DNA from: Lama guanicoe
Lineage: Eukaryota
Direction: 5' to 3'
Length of the DNA stretch: 64,000 nt
Assembly (NCBI GenBank): GCA_013239625.1
Contig: MU057352.1
Location: forward strand, 27,668,764-27,732,763
Shown here: piece after piece, positions 52,077 through 64,000 of the stretch
Layout: each line of letters begins with the position of its first letter
Position numbering within the stretch: position 1 is the first letter of the stretch
Notes under the pieces: model-generated
What the model saw: the letters and a program-made list of their open reading frames with translations, nothing else
What the model was told of the DNA's origin: nothing
The model's database searches: none
Program-made: the position numbers and the translations under genes

Positions 52077-52958
52077 CTTACCGGGAAGAAGCACACAGGA
52101 GACCGTTAAGGCCACAGGCAGAGAAGGTCACTGAAGGCAAAAGGAGCCCTTACGAGAGGCCATTCTTGGGCGGCGCCCTCTCCGGGGATGCACGGGGCCT
52201 GAGCAGGCGCTCATGTTGACAACAGAAACCCTGTGGGTGGTACCTCATAGCTTACAATGCACTTTCTATAAAACATCTCAAGACTCTAGGCCACCTGTGA
52301 GGAGAGAACCCTGTGACGATATTATCCTCATTTTTCGTCACTTCGCTGCAAAAGACCGAAAAGACTTGCCTTGGGCCATTGGGTCAGTTACGTCACCAAG
52401 CCAGGGCTCAAGCCCAGATATTCTAAATCCAAACTTGTTGATACGGGACTGCCTCTCAAAACAGAACTCCTGAGATGCTCCAGCTAGGGCGTTAAGCCGC
52501 AGAGCCGGTTCCCTGGAGCACGGCCACGGGAGGTGGTCAGGGCCCGTGTGCCAGATGAGCGACCTCAGATACAGGCGTGGCACTGAAGGATGTCTCTATT
52601 ATCCAGCCCGTGGGCTTTAGCGCCCTAACCCCATTTAAGCTTGGGCTTCTCTTTTAATCATCTCAAAAGACTGGAATCCACATCATCAGGGTGGCTACTG
52701 AGTGTACCCTGCCTGCTCTCACCATCTGCTTGGCCATCTGTGAGGCTCCCGAACACGGCACTCTGACCCTGATCATTAATTCACTAAGAGGGAAATTACT
52801 GCCTGATCGCCAGGTTAGCATAATATTATGACATCTCCCCCGACATCTGCACCCTCCTGGCGGCTCTCTGCAGGCCACGTTCCAGCGTGAGCCTGTGTTC
52901 CAGCGCCCTGTACATGTGTGCTGTACGCCAGCCCAGCATCCCCCTATGCACACACCTA

Positions 52959-52985
52959 CACACACACACACACACACACACACAC
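52959..52985 (+). repeat. (CA)n microsatellite
   Basis: Uninterrupted CA run. Confidence 0.9.
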
Positions 52986-54016
52986 TCCTTAAGGGGAGTG
53001 TTTCAACTGTGCCTGGCAGCCAACCACTCTGAATATCCAAAAGCTAAATAAAATATTTACCTTAAAAAATGTACTGACATAAGAGTTTAATTCCTCATCC
53101 AGCTACTCCCTCAATGACCGTTTGTCGAGCCCATGCTGTCAGCCAGGAACGTGGTTCCCAGTGGGGACAAAGATCTAACCCTGCCTCTCCCTCCTCCGCA
53201 GGGACTCAGGGCGACTGCGACAGCCTGTAAGCAAATCCTCGCAGCACCTGGTCGGTTCCCCATCAGAAGGGGCAAACAGAGAGCACTGCTGGAAATTCGG
53301 GTGGGCTCCCGGGAGATGAAGATGCATTTGCCTTAAAAAGTGCTGAGAGTGGGAGGGGCCCAGACAACCCTGGAGCATGTGGGGAAAAGAGCAGGGCCTG
53401 GCCTGGAGAGCACAGCCCCGAGAGGGCAGAGACGCATGCAGGGCGGCCAGGACCAGAGCCGGTGGGCCTGGAGCTGAGCTGTCTCCTGAGCTGGGCGGAG
53501 ACACCGAGAGCCTTTAGAAGGAGGGAGGGAGTGAGGGTATGTCCGCGGGGGATGAAGACAGACAGGCCGTTCTTGCAGGGCTTGAGTGGTCATGGAAGTC
53601 ACGGAACATGAAGGAAGGAGGGAGACTAGAATGGAGGTGATGCCCCAAAGAGAAGTCAGGGGGCCCACATTCCAAGACCAGCTCCAACACCCAAAGAGTG
53701 GGTGACCCCCCAGCCAACCATTGACAAGGAAGCAATCTCCTGGATCCGTGAAGTCAGACCTGCTGCCCTCGTAGACTGTCCTGGGATGTGACAAGACGTG
53801 TGGACGCCAGCACCGCCGTTACGCAGCACTGCCTCCCTTGTGGCTCAATTCTAGAATCAAGAGATCACTACCTCCAGGCTTGACATGGGACCGCTCCTGT
53901 GGTCTGACGCAGCCGAAGGAGATGAACGGACAGACACCATTCACTCACACATCCATTCATCCTCCATCAGGGCCTGGTTCTAGGGTGTCAACAGGAGGCA
54001 GGGAGCGCCGTCTCAC

Positions 54017-54143
54017 CACTCTCTGAGGTGTATCTCAGGTCCTGGAGCGCCGCCACAGCCGCCTGCGTGCCCTGAACGTCCTCCTCCGCCTCCGTGATGT
54101 GCAGGTACTGCGTGGAGGGTTCCTCGGGAGTCTCGGTTGCTGG
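54017..54143 (-). CDS. ZFAT: ZFAT coding exon (probably exon 14)
   Basis: PATETPEEPSTQYLHITEAEEDVQGTQAAVAALQDLRYTSES+G, read by hand because this frame is not in the ORF track. Acceptor tttatttag|CCA, donor AGTG|gtgaga; 127 nt, phase 0 to 1. Confidence 0.94.
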
Positions 54144-55179
54144 CTAAATAAAAACACAGCATCATCTGTGTGCCCTTCTAGAGGGTCACCTCTTCCCCAG
54201 AAGTCCCAGGATAATGTCTTAAGACAAAACAAATGTACACAAGCAACGCCTTGCAACATCTCACTTACCTGGCGCCCCTGAGAAATTAGTGCTCTGATAA
54301 AAACATACTTTCCAAAGAGAAAACTGCTCTTCGCAAGTGCCAACACTTTTTAAAACCAGCTTTGGTGGAAAACGCATTCTTGCCTTAGGGAACAGAGTAT
54401 GCTGTTCATAATTAGAGATCAGACAGGCACAGAGATCCCTGAATGTGCTCTTATAGTGTCCCCTCTGCCTTCTCCCTCTGCCACCAATACTGCTCCCGTC
54501 TTCCCTTTGCCAGGGACCTCTAGCCCCAAGGCCCACAGAGGACAGGCCCAGCGGTGGGGACAGTGGGAGGGCGGAGAGGGCGGTTCATCACTGACACACG
54601 TCGAGTTTCCAGCACAGGGCCCGGTACGTAGTAAGATCTCAGCAAGCCTTAGCTACCCATGCCATTCTTATTTTTACATGAAGGACTGAGGCATGAAACT
54701 GCCCACAGGAAACGTGTGCATGCAAACTCAGGACTCCTGAGCACAGGAGGAGCCTGAGCGACACTCACAGTGTCTCACACCCATGGCAAGAAGAGGTTGG
54801 GTGGGATTTTCACAAGCACCAGATGTTAATAATTACTTCCTTCTGAAATCCTAGGGCAGGAAGAATGGATGTGACCAACAAAGAAGAGCAAAAAGGAGGT
54901 TTTACGTAATATTTATAGGCATCGAAGTTATCATGCTCTATAAGCACTTATCAGCTACTCACACAGGTTCAGAATAGAATGTGACTATTCTTTTACAGCC
55001 AAGGGGTCAGGTTCATTTAGGTGTTTCCAGCCTGACATACTGTAGACACCCAATAAATGGCTGATGAATGTAGAAATGAACAAGAAGCAGAATTATTTCC
55101 TTTTAAGGACCAGTAAGCAACATACTGGCCAGCACTGACTGGATCCAGGGGTCGGCTGAGCCAGTGATGAACAGGACAT

Positions 55180-56310
55180 TTCTTATGTGTGAGGCTGATC
55201 ATGTTTTCAGATATTCAAGGTCATCTGCATTTCTTTTCCTATGATCCTTTCTTATCTCAAGCCCATTTTCCCATTGGGTTGTTGATCTTTTTCATCAGTA
55301 TTTCTAGAAGCCTTTTATGATATAAAGATATTCATCCTTTTCTCTATGATATGACTGAAAATACTTTTTGGCCATTTGTCTCTATGAGTGCTTTTTTTCA
55401 GTAGTATATATATTTTTTTATTGAAGTATAGTCACTTTACAATGTTGTGTCAGTTTCTGGTGTGCAGCACAGTGCTTCAATCATACATGAACATACATAC
55501 AATCGCTTTCATATTCTTTTTCATAAGTTTACAAGATATTGAATATAGTTCCCTGTGCTCTACAGTATGAACTTGTTTATCTACTTTATATATAAACTTT
55601 ATGATTTTTTTAACATCAGTTTTTAATTTTTTTTGCATGTAGTCAATTTTTTTCAATCTTTTCCCTAATTGAATCTGGATTTTGAGGATAGCTATAAAAG
55701 GTCTCCACACTCCCAACTTATAAATGAATTCACTTATGTTTTCTTCTGGTTTTTGCAAAAGAACTCTTTCTTTACACTTAAATCTCTGATCCTCTAAACT
55801 GCTGCTTATTGTGTGTAGCAAACTTCATTTATTCCTTTAGATTTTTCAAAACGATACTCCTGTCATCTACAGAAAGAGACACTTCATTCCTTCCCATCCG
55901 ATTCCTATGTCTGTTTACTCTGCTTCCGCTGACGCACCAGCTGATGCCGCCCGCGGGATGTGAAGGAGCAGGGCGCCCAGGGCGTCCTCCTCCTGTTTCC
56001 ACCTTTGACGAGAAGCCCCCTCACCCAAGATGCTGGCTTTCTGGCTGAAACGCATATATTTTGTTTCTCGTCTTAAAGACGTATTCGTTGAATTCTACTT
56101 TACTGCCTGTTCTTAATCAGTGGATGCTGAACTTTGTCAAATGCCTTTTCTGCATCTGTGAAGATGGTCAGTTCATTTTCCTCCCTAGTTCTACTATCAT
56201 GATGGATTATAGTAACGTGTTTCTTCCCATCAAACCACCCTTCCTTCACATTCTGGAGTAAGTCCCATGTTGTCATGTATTATTTTTCTCACGCGTTGCT
56301 GGATTTGCTT
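55180..56310 (-). mobile_element. Old L1 ORF2 fragments, interrupted by a younger L1 3' end at about 55410-55595
   Basis: Antisense L1 motifs ggatgctgaactttgtcaaatgccttttctgcatctgtgaagatggtca and cccattttcccattgggttgttgatctt. Inner element ttttttattgaagtatagtcactttacaatgttgtg. Confidence 0.75.
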
Positions 56311-56356
56311 CATAGCCCTTACACTTAACCACTGGGGCCCCAGAAAGTCCTTAGAA

Positions 56357-56545
56357 AGTGGTTCTCAGCTGGAGGTGATTGTGACTCCTGGGGAACACTG
56401 GCAATGCCTGTGATGTTTCTGGTTTTCACAGCTGGGGATGCTCTTGGAAGCTGGCGGGTAGAGGTCAGTGATGCTCCTGAGCACCCTAGGGTGCCCAGAC
56501 CGCCCCTACAGTGCTGAGCCGTCCCCATCGCGAGTTCAGCAGGAC
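56357..56545 (+). mobile_element. MER20-like hAT-Charlie element
   Basis: agtggttctcagctggaggtgattgtg...ggcaatgcctgtgatgtttctggttttcac...gggtagaggtcagtgatgct. Confidence 0.75.
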
Positions 56546-57115
56546 CACGTCTGCGTGGCTCTACCTAAGGTAACCTGCAGTTAGTCCGCGGTGTGACCGC
56601 CGGTACTTGAAAAGAGAAACAGCTACTGGCTTTGAAAACACTGGCTTTTATGTAATTCAGCCAGGAGACTGGTTCTAACATCAGAAAGGAAAACAAAGGT
56701 GACAGGTAGGAGCAGGTGCATTAGGCAGAGGGGGAGGCAGCCCAGAATCAGGCAATGGGCCCTTCCCGGCTCTTCAGGTGAGGACCGGCCATGTATATAC
56801 CCTGTTGTGCGTTCTTCCTTCAGATGCAGCATCTGGAACTCCGGATTTATGAGGACAGAAGTGAAAATGTCCATGAGAGTCTCACACACATTCACAGACC
56901 AGCCTAAACACAACCCAGGCTGAGGAGGCACCTGCATGGCCTGGATCTCGCCCCGAGGCACCCCTCAGGAAAGAGACAGGCTTGGAAAGGCTTCCAAGTT
57001 TCCCGACAGGAAAACCCACTGCTCTGAGGACTGGATGCCTGTGCCCAGCCCGGGGCTTGCCCGCTTTGTCGCTGTGTTCAGGAAAGGCATGATCAAGGCG
57101 CGCTTTAAAAAGTAC

Positions 57116-57234
57116 CTCCCACTTGGGATCTCCTTCGTTCTCCACCAGCTTCAGGCCATGCTTGTTCTTCAAGTGCCTATTGAACTCCCACTTGGTGCCG
57201 TATACGAAGCTGCACACGGGACACTTCAAACCAC
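57116..57234 (-). CDS. ZFAT: ZFAT coding exon (probably exon 13), last C2H2 zinc finger
   Basis: (G)GLKCPVCSFVYGTKWEFNRHLKNKHGLKLVENEGDPKWE. Acceptor gcttccag|GT, donor GAG|gtact; 119 nt, phase 1 to 0, in frame with neighbours. Confidence 0.96.
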
Positions 57235-59975
57235 CTGGAAGCACAGACAGAGGTGAAGAGAAGGGTTCACAGCACCCAGACGTGCAACAGCTCCGCTCCC
57301 AGCCTAGTGCCTCAGATCTAAGGAGCGTGTGTTTTTGTCTCCAGTACTTACTTCCACGCCAAGCTTACCTTCATATTCGACAGAATAGCAACAGTCTGCG
57401 TTTTGCAGGGTAGAGATTTTAAAACCAATGTATTTCTTTTCCTTTTTTCCGTTTTGAATGAGAATTTGCAGAGAACCTAATATGCACTTAATATTCTAGG
57501 TGTCAGAGAAAAGTAAGATGGGTAACAGAAGTCCCCCAGCTTAAATCATCTTTTCATTCAAAAATAACAAATAATTTAGAAAGCAAAAACATAACTGAAG
57601 GGCAATGGGTGCTTTGCTCAGTCTCCTCTGTCCCAGAACACTACGACCAAGAGCCAGATTCCCAGGCTCCTTCACATCAGAAGCCGAGCCAGGGGTACAA
57701 ATCCCCATGTGGAAATCCCAGCAAAGGAGAGATGAAGAAGCTGGTCGTATTCTGAAATGTCACTATTTGTTTAACTGATTAAATTTTACACATGTTCCAG
57801 GAAGCGTTTGGATGCTTTAATTAAGAGAATATAGAACTTTAGGATAAAAAAAAAGCCAAAAAACCAAAACACCAACCGAGAGTCACACAAAGACTGTCTT
57901 TCTAAACTTATAGCAGAAGCAGCAACTAAATTAGAAACTGAACAAAAATCACTTATTTATTTATGTTTTTATTGAAGTATAGGTGATTTACAGTGCTGTG
58001 TTCATGTCAGATTTACAGCAACGTGACTTAACAGCTGTGCTTTCAGAAGCGAGCTCTGGCTGCTCCGGAGGCTGGCTGGGCCCTGGCATTAGGCCCCCAG
58101 GCCCCCGGGATGCGGAGCAGCCACAGTCAGGCCACGTGCCAGCACCATCAGGCCTCCACCCCGAGCTGGCCGGGCGGTCTGGTGGGACCGGCAGTCCCCC
58201 AGCTGGCCTGCCTGCAGCCGCCATTGGTCGTCTCTCCGCCCAGCATGCAGACTGGTCTTCAAAGCATAAACGGAATCACATTTCTCTCAGGTGTAAAACC
58301 CTCCCATGGCCTTTTGTCACACCCGGAATAAAATCCCAGCTCCTTGCTGTGGCCTGTGTCCCCGATGTGACCACGTCCCCGCCTCCCTTGCTGCCTGGTC
58401 TCCTCCCTTCTCCCTCTCCTCTCCTCCTCTGTCTTCTGCACTCACCAAGCTCCTGCCCTTCTCAGGACACCTGCTGCTGTGGGGCCTCTTGCCAGTCTTT
58501 CTGTTAACTCTGCCCCTGTCCCTGCTGGACCTGCCGTGACCTCCTGTGCCCTCCCAGTGGCAGACATTAATTTTCTTGCTCCCTGGGGCACTAAGGAGGG
58601 AGCAGGGGAATTCTGTCTTGATGACAGCTTGTCTTAATACACTACATACGAACTAGACACATCTCATGGGGATACATAATTAAAGCATCTCCTGGATGAG
58701 TTAGGATGTGCTAGGTCTCCCGAACCAATTCCACGCCAGCGGACCTTAGAGAGCACGCTCCATGACTGGGTTTTGCCTGTCACCTGAGGTGGGGAGTGAT
58801 TCCCCAACCTGCCATGAGCAGAAAGGGAAGCCAACTCAAGACAGCTGACAACGCAGCCCCTCGAGCCTGCAGCCCCGAGGCCGGGAGGGCACAGGAGAGC
58901 AAGCGGGTCCGGCGGACGTGGGCGCAGAGTCAGCACAAAGACTGGCAACAGACACCAAATTCCGAACTTCCAGAATATTCTACAGGAAAAACAACTCAAA
59001 CTGACGCTTGTTTTCTGAAACTCAAACACACTACACTTTTTTTATGCAAAATCAAATGAGCGTGTTCCTTCTTGCCCAGAGGATAATTAAACTTAGTTTT
59101 TAACCTTCTTTGTTATCACTTACTAAGCATCTAGGATGACGTCTATTAAAACCCTCCAAGGCATGAGAACCACCACCTTTTCTTCTGGTTAAGCTGACGC
59201 TGATTCTATAAAGACTTAAAAGGAGGCAACGAACACAAGCAAACTACCTAAGGTTAAATTTAGGCCTTAACATGAAATTAAAGATTCCTTCGGGGTATTC
59301 TTTAATGGAAACTAATTTAGGGAGAAAAGCATCCTTATACTATGTTTAATTAAAATTAATATGAAAATGCCCCCACATTAATTAAAACTTCAACCTCTGC
59401 CACGGTGACTTTAATCAAAGAACAACAAATGGAAATATGTAATCTAGACCAAATGTGTAACTGCACCAGTTAATTGACATCAAAGCCGAGAAAAATTAAT
59501 TTCCATTTCAATTCATTAAATTCTTAGGCAACATTCAGTAAAGGTCACAGGAAGACTTGGTGAATTTACCTGCAGCATTGATACTAAGTGCACACCATAA
59601 AAACCGTACCCCTCCCCGCAAAGTCGCAATTTCCTCATAAGGAATGAAGAACCAGGCAAAGGCACAGAATCTCAGGAGCAAGTTTAAAACTCCATCATGG
59701 CACCCTTTGTTCTTCCTAGAATGCAGTATATTCTGGAGGAGTTCCGAGCAGTAAACTATTTGCATGCCTTCGTTGTAGCTGACACTACTGAAAATTCGAT
59801 TTCATTTTCAGTAACATACCTCCCAGAATGGCACGGGACGCTGGGTTAGACAGTCAGGAGACCTGAATTTAACACTTGCTCTCGTGACTTAGAACCACTT
59901 CCTTAAACTCTGGGGTCCTGGTTTTCTCTTCTACTAAAGTGAAAATGCTAAAGCTTATAACCTGATAAAAGGCAG

Positions 59976-60484
59976 TGTGGACAGCAGAATAATGGGCCCC
60001 CCAAAGAGATTTACATCCTGACCCCTGGAACATGTGAGTCTGTGACCTCACATGGCAAAAGGGACATCACAGGTTATGATTCAGCTGAGAATCTGGGGAT
60101 GGGGAGATCATTCTGGACTGTCTGGATGGGTCTAATATCATAACATGGGTCCTTATGAGAAGAGGGCAGGAGAGCAGATGACAGTGACGTGACCTGATAC
60201 AGACTGCTGGCTTTGAAGGAGCAGGGGCACAAGCCAAGGATCATAGGCGCCTCCAGAAGCTGGAAAATGCCAAAAAAAAAAAACCCCAAAAAACCCAAAA
60301 TGGGTTCTCTTCCCCTGGAGGCTCCAGAAGGAAGACAGATATCTTAGCAAACTTGACTTTATCCCATCTTGGACTCCTGACCTTCAGAACAGTAAGAAAT
60401 TCAATCTGTGTTTCAATCTGCGCTGTTCCAAACCACCACCAAGTTTGTGGTCACTTATTACAGTGGCAATGAAAAATGAACAAA
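59976..60484 (+). mobile_element. MLT1D-like solo LTR
   Basis: tgtggacagcagaataatgggcccccc start, ccttatgagaagagg TATA region, ctcctgaccttcagaacagtaaga. Near-TSD ggcag/ggcac. Confidence 0.85.
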
Positions 60485-62547
60485 GGCACTAAAGGATAAC
60501 TGGACGAAAAGCAGCTTAATTATCAAAAGAAAGTAGATGCAGAGTAACTTGATTGTACTAACAAGTGAAATACAGCATGGACTTGGTTGACATTCGCACT
60601 TCGAGAAAACTACATTTTATTTATGCTTTTTTATTGTCATTTTAACACATATTCCTCTATCTTGAAACAAGAAATTATAAAGTCCCATGAAGATACTTTT
60701 TGAGGAGTGAGCAGAAGAGGGGAGGAAAAAAAAAAAAAAGCAAGAGGGGATGAAGAGAATTACTTGAAATTAAAAGAAAGTGAAAACTTCCAGTGGTACC
60801 AAATGACAGCCTTTCCAAACACAGTCGTTGTATCCAGCCCGACTTTCTCCCCATCTCCTTCCTGCCCAGACATCAGAACAGCGTGAGCTGTGTGCTCCTG
60901 AGGTCTCTGAGCTGCACTCACACTCAACCAGCTCTCTGGTTTCAGAGCCTGTTCTGCCAAAATACAGTGGCACAACGTTTGCTAAGAGCCAAGAGATATT
61001 TAGTTATTTCCTTCCACAATATGTCTCTTGAAGGGGGCATAGGAAAAAAGTACACACACACATACACACATATATATATGAAAGAAGATCAAAAATATAC
61101 CCGCAAAGATTAGAAATAAAACCCAGACCGTCAGGGGGTGCCAACTGGTTACACAGTCAGAAAGTTAAGTGAAAACTTACGGCATGCGGTCACTTGGCCT
61201 CAGCATTTTCTGCCGGGTAGTGATGAAAGTTTGGAAGCTCAGAGCTATGACAGTGTCATCAATCAGACCCCCACGCCTGTCCCAACAGCCACAGTAAATG
61301 TCTATTTCCTGCCAATCCAACCCAAGAGCGTGAAGGATGTTGAATCTCTAGCCCACTACTCCAACTGTTTACTGTGACTCTAAGCAACCAATTCTCTCCT
61401 CTGGGATTCCTGGACAGGCAGGTGGTCAGAAATGATGCCATGGCTCTAGAAGTCTTAACATATTTTCAGAAAACAAAAAACAAGAAACAAAAACAAAAAG
61501 AAAGGAATGAAGCTGTCCTGGGAGCCAGACACTCCCGTGTTCTCAGTTAACCCCTCCGCTATCACGTGACGGCCGCTCCAGGTGAAGGGGCTCAGGTGGA
61601 CAGGTTCGGGAACTCACCTGAATGGCAGCGTTAAAGAGCCTCACTGCACCATCCTGCCCCAGCTCCGGGGAATCGCCACTAAGCAAACACCAGGCACACG
61701 CTCCACTACCCCGGACGGATGGCTCGGAAGTACCCCGAGTCTCGTGCTGCTCATCTGTCTCCGCACAGCAGCATGTCTGTCACAGAAAGTGCTGAAGGAT
61801 ACAGTCCCTTCACTTGCTTTACACGAAAATGCACTTCCTGGCGATTACAGCAAGCAGAGCGTCACGCTGCAGCGGAGAACTCCGAGCGACCCCGGCTGCA
61901 GCCGAGTTTACAGCCCTACGTCTCTGTTTACTGGGTGCAGATTTCTAAAACGGTCCTCAGCTTCAAAGAGTCACAGGACTCAGGAAAGAGCAGCAACTGA
62001 CACACTGCACGCTGCAGTCGTTTTTCAGCTGAATTACTGCAGCACAGATATAAATACAGCAGCGCTCCTCTGTGTGGTAACAGCACATGAGCTAAACCCT
62101 CTCAACTGGGAATATGTGATTATTTATTGAAAAAAGAAGCAAGAAAAAAACCCCAGACTCTTCAATACTATTAGAGGTTTCCATCCATTCTCTTTAGATT
62201 AAATGTTCTAAATAGCTTTTCCTTTTCAGGATGAATAAGTAATCTGAACACTCAATAAATATTCTTGGATGATCTAAAGAATTCCACCCCTAAGTGTGAT
62301 TAGCATAGCATTATCTATAACTGCAATGAAAGAAAAATCTGGAAACCCTACAATGGTCCAGGGCAGAAGCATGGCTAAATAAAGTCAGGGGCTTCCACTA
62401 GGTGCTGTGTTGCGGAAAGCCCTTAGGACAACCAGGAAGACAGGGTACCAGCGGAAGACAAACATTCACGTTAATCGTGTTAAGTAAGGAAAGCAAGCCG
62501 TGAACTTTCATTTACACAAAACGTATGCCTGGACCAAGAACAGATAA

Positions 62548-62710
62548 GGTCGGCCCTTCACATCCCCAGGCTCTGCATCTGATGTGGGCCCGTAAACACG
62601 GAGGCCCACTGTGCGCTGCCATTCTACATCAGGGACTTGAGCATCCTCGGGTTTTGGTACCCACGAGGGTCTAGGAAAACTGATGCCCCACAGATACTGA
62701 GGGGGATCAG
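62548..62710 (-). mobile_element. MER2/Tigger-like TcMar DNA transposon fragment
   Basis: atcagggacttgagcatcctcgggttttggtacccac...cccacagatactgaggg is the reverse of the recalled MER2 terminus. Confidence 0.7.
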
Positions 62711-62878
62711 TTCCCTAAGACCCTCGTGGGTACCAATAATGAGAAGGAGGAGGACAGTAATGAGGGTGAAGGATTAACAAAACTGAACCACCAGGGATGA
62801 GGGTTGCGCCGCAGGACGTCCCAGTTCCTCTCTGCGCGGCCGGCGGCAGGAGAGGGCCCTGGGCACTCGGGCACCTAC

Positions 62879-63017
62879 CTTGCTGGATGAGCGCGTCGGC
62901 CGCCAGCTCCCCGGTGCCCACGTTGGTGTACTCCTCACTGGGGTGCTTCCGGTTGTAGTGCCGCTTCAGGGAGCCTGAGATGTTGCAGGAGTAGTGGCAG
63001 TGGGCGCAGCGGAAGGG
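62879..63017 (-). CDS. ZFAT: ZFAT internal coding exon (probably exon 12 of 16), penultimate C2H2 zinc finger
   Basis: Translates PFRCAHCHYSCNISGSLKRHYNRKHPSEEYTNVGTGELAADALIQQ+G, matching recalled ZFAT. Acceptor tccccgcag|CCC, donor CAAG|gtaggt; 139 nt, phase 0 to 1. Confidence 0.96.
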
Positions 63018-64000
63018 CTGCGGGGACAAGGAGGAGGGTCAGGGAGGGCCAGCCCTGATGCGATCAAGCCCCAGAGAAAGGAAGGGGCCCGCCCCCCGGT
63101 GTCCTCCTCCACAACTCTGCCCCCTGTGAGTGTCTGGTCCCTGGAACGCCCGTGAGGAGCAGGCCGTTCCCTTGGGATATGTTCCAGGAAAACAAGCCAA
63201 CCTGGGGAGGCCGAGTCCTGCCTCTGCAGGGAGCACCCATGTGACCGGGCAAGGTGTCTCCAGAGCAGGAGGGGGCTCTGCTAAATGAAGCTGCCTTCAG
63301 TTCTTTTCTTTTTCGGTCCACCCTAGAATTTACAGTTCTTGTTCAAGAAGAAAATAACAAAAAGGCAACACAACTCTGCTTTTCTTTTTTTAAATGAATG
63401 TCTTTTAAGCAAGTCCCCCTCACCATTATTTCCCTGATGTATTTGCTTCCTTAACTAAACGGTTTCCTCCACAGTCTTCACCTGCACCTGCACACCCCCA
63501 TCGCCGCCCACCGTCAGGGAGACCTGCCTGATGAAGCTGTGACCGACCCCTGCCCGGGCTAGACAGGCGCTTTCAGGACAAGGGCACCAACGTCTGCAGC
63601 CTTGTCTGCCACCTTGGCACTGCTTCGGGGGACGCCCAAAGAGCGGTGAGGGGAAGGGGGCCTCCCCGGGCCTCCTGGGGAGCCTAGTGAGACCTGTCCA
63701 TCGGCCAGGTGATGGATGGACACCTGGGTCGCCGTCATACCTGTGCCCCCACTCCTGGGCAGGTCAACAGCAAAGTGTCCCTCTGAGCTGCGTGCTACAC
63801 AGCTGTAGGGCACAGTGCTACAGAAATGCCTGTCCTGAATTCGGGTAACACAAGCGAGATCGAAGAGCACGGAGCCGCCCACGAGGCAGCAGCCTTCAGA
63901 ATGGCACAGGGCGTTCAGACGGGGCAAGTTCAGCCGATGGCAACGAACCTCAGACAAGCAGGGAAACTCCTAAGCACTGAACTCCTCGATACAAAGTAGG

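Noticed and set aside
54035-54346. ORF-track peptide across ZFAT exon 14 (QQPRLPRNPP...)
   Set aside because: Wrong frame; splice phase requires PATETPEEP...
61582-62130. 182-aa plus-strand ORF
   Set aside because: GTG start, intronic antisense, no recognisable homology or exon structure.
1-64000. miR-30b/miR-30d and ZFAT-AS1, known near human ZFAT
   Set aside because: I did not see the miR-30 mature sequences here; these loci are expected toward the 5' part of ZFAT, outside the window.

Overview
Mammalian genomic DNA, most likely camelid (alpaca/llama/camel), judged from two tRNA-derived Vic-1-type SINEs and cetartiodactyl-type L1 3' ends. It comes from a gapped draft assembly: 10 N-runs, 9 of them inside L1 copies. 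The only supportable protein-coding gene is the 3' part of ZFAT on the minus strand. Five coding exons (63017-62879, 57234-57116, 54143-54017, 52076-51946, 33659-33420) splice in frame through GT-AG introns. They encode the last two C2H2 zinc fingers and the acidic C-terminal tail, followed by a 3' UTR with tandem AATAAA signals near 32.7-32.8 kb. The rest of the gene lies beyond the right edge. Positions 1-32.7 kb are downstream intergenic DNA rich in L1, L2, MIR, MaLR/ERV LTRs and hAT elements, several nested with readable target-site duplications (TSDs). I see no demonstrable new biological system. The best leads are: (i) an ancient MLT1 LTR turned into an orphan CpG island with a 19-bp minisatellite, pointing at a strong downstream splice acceptor (candidate LTR-driven transcript or DMR); (ii) a candidate in-frame 9-nt ZFAT microexon; (iii) repeated AT-to-GC bursts in old repeats and in the ZFAT C-terminus, suggestive of GC-biased gene conversion. 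Repeat family names and comparisons with human ZFAT are from recalled consensus or protein sequences, not database searches.
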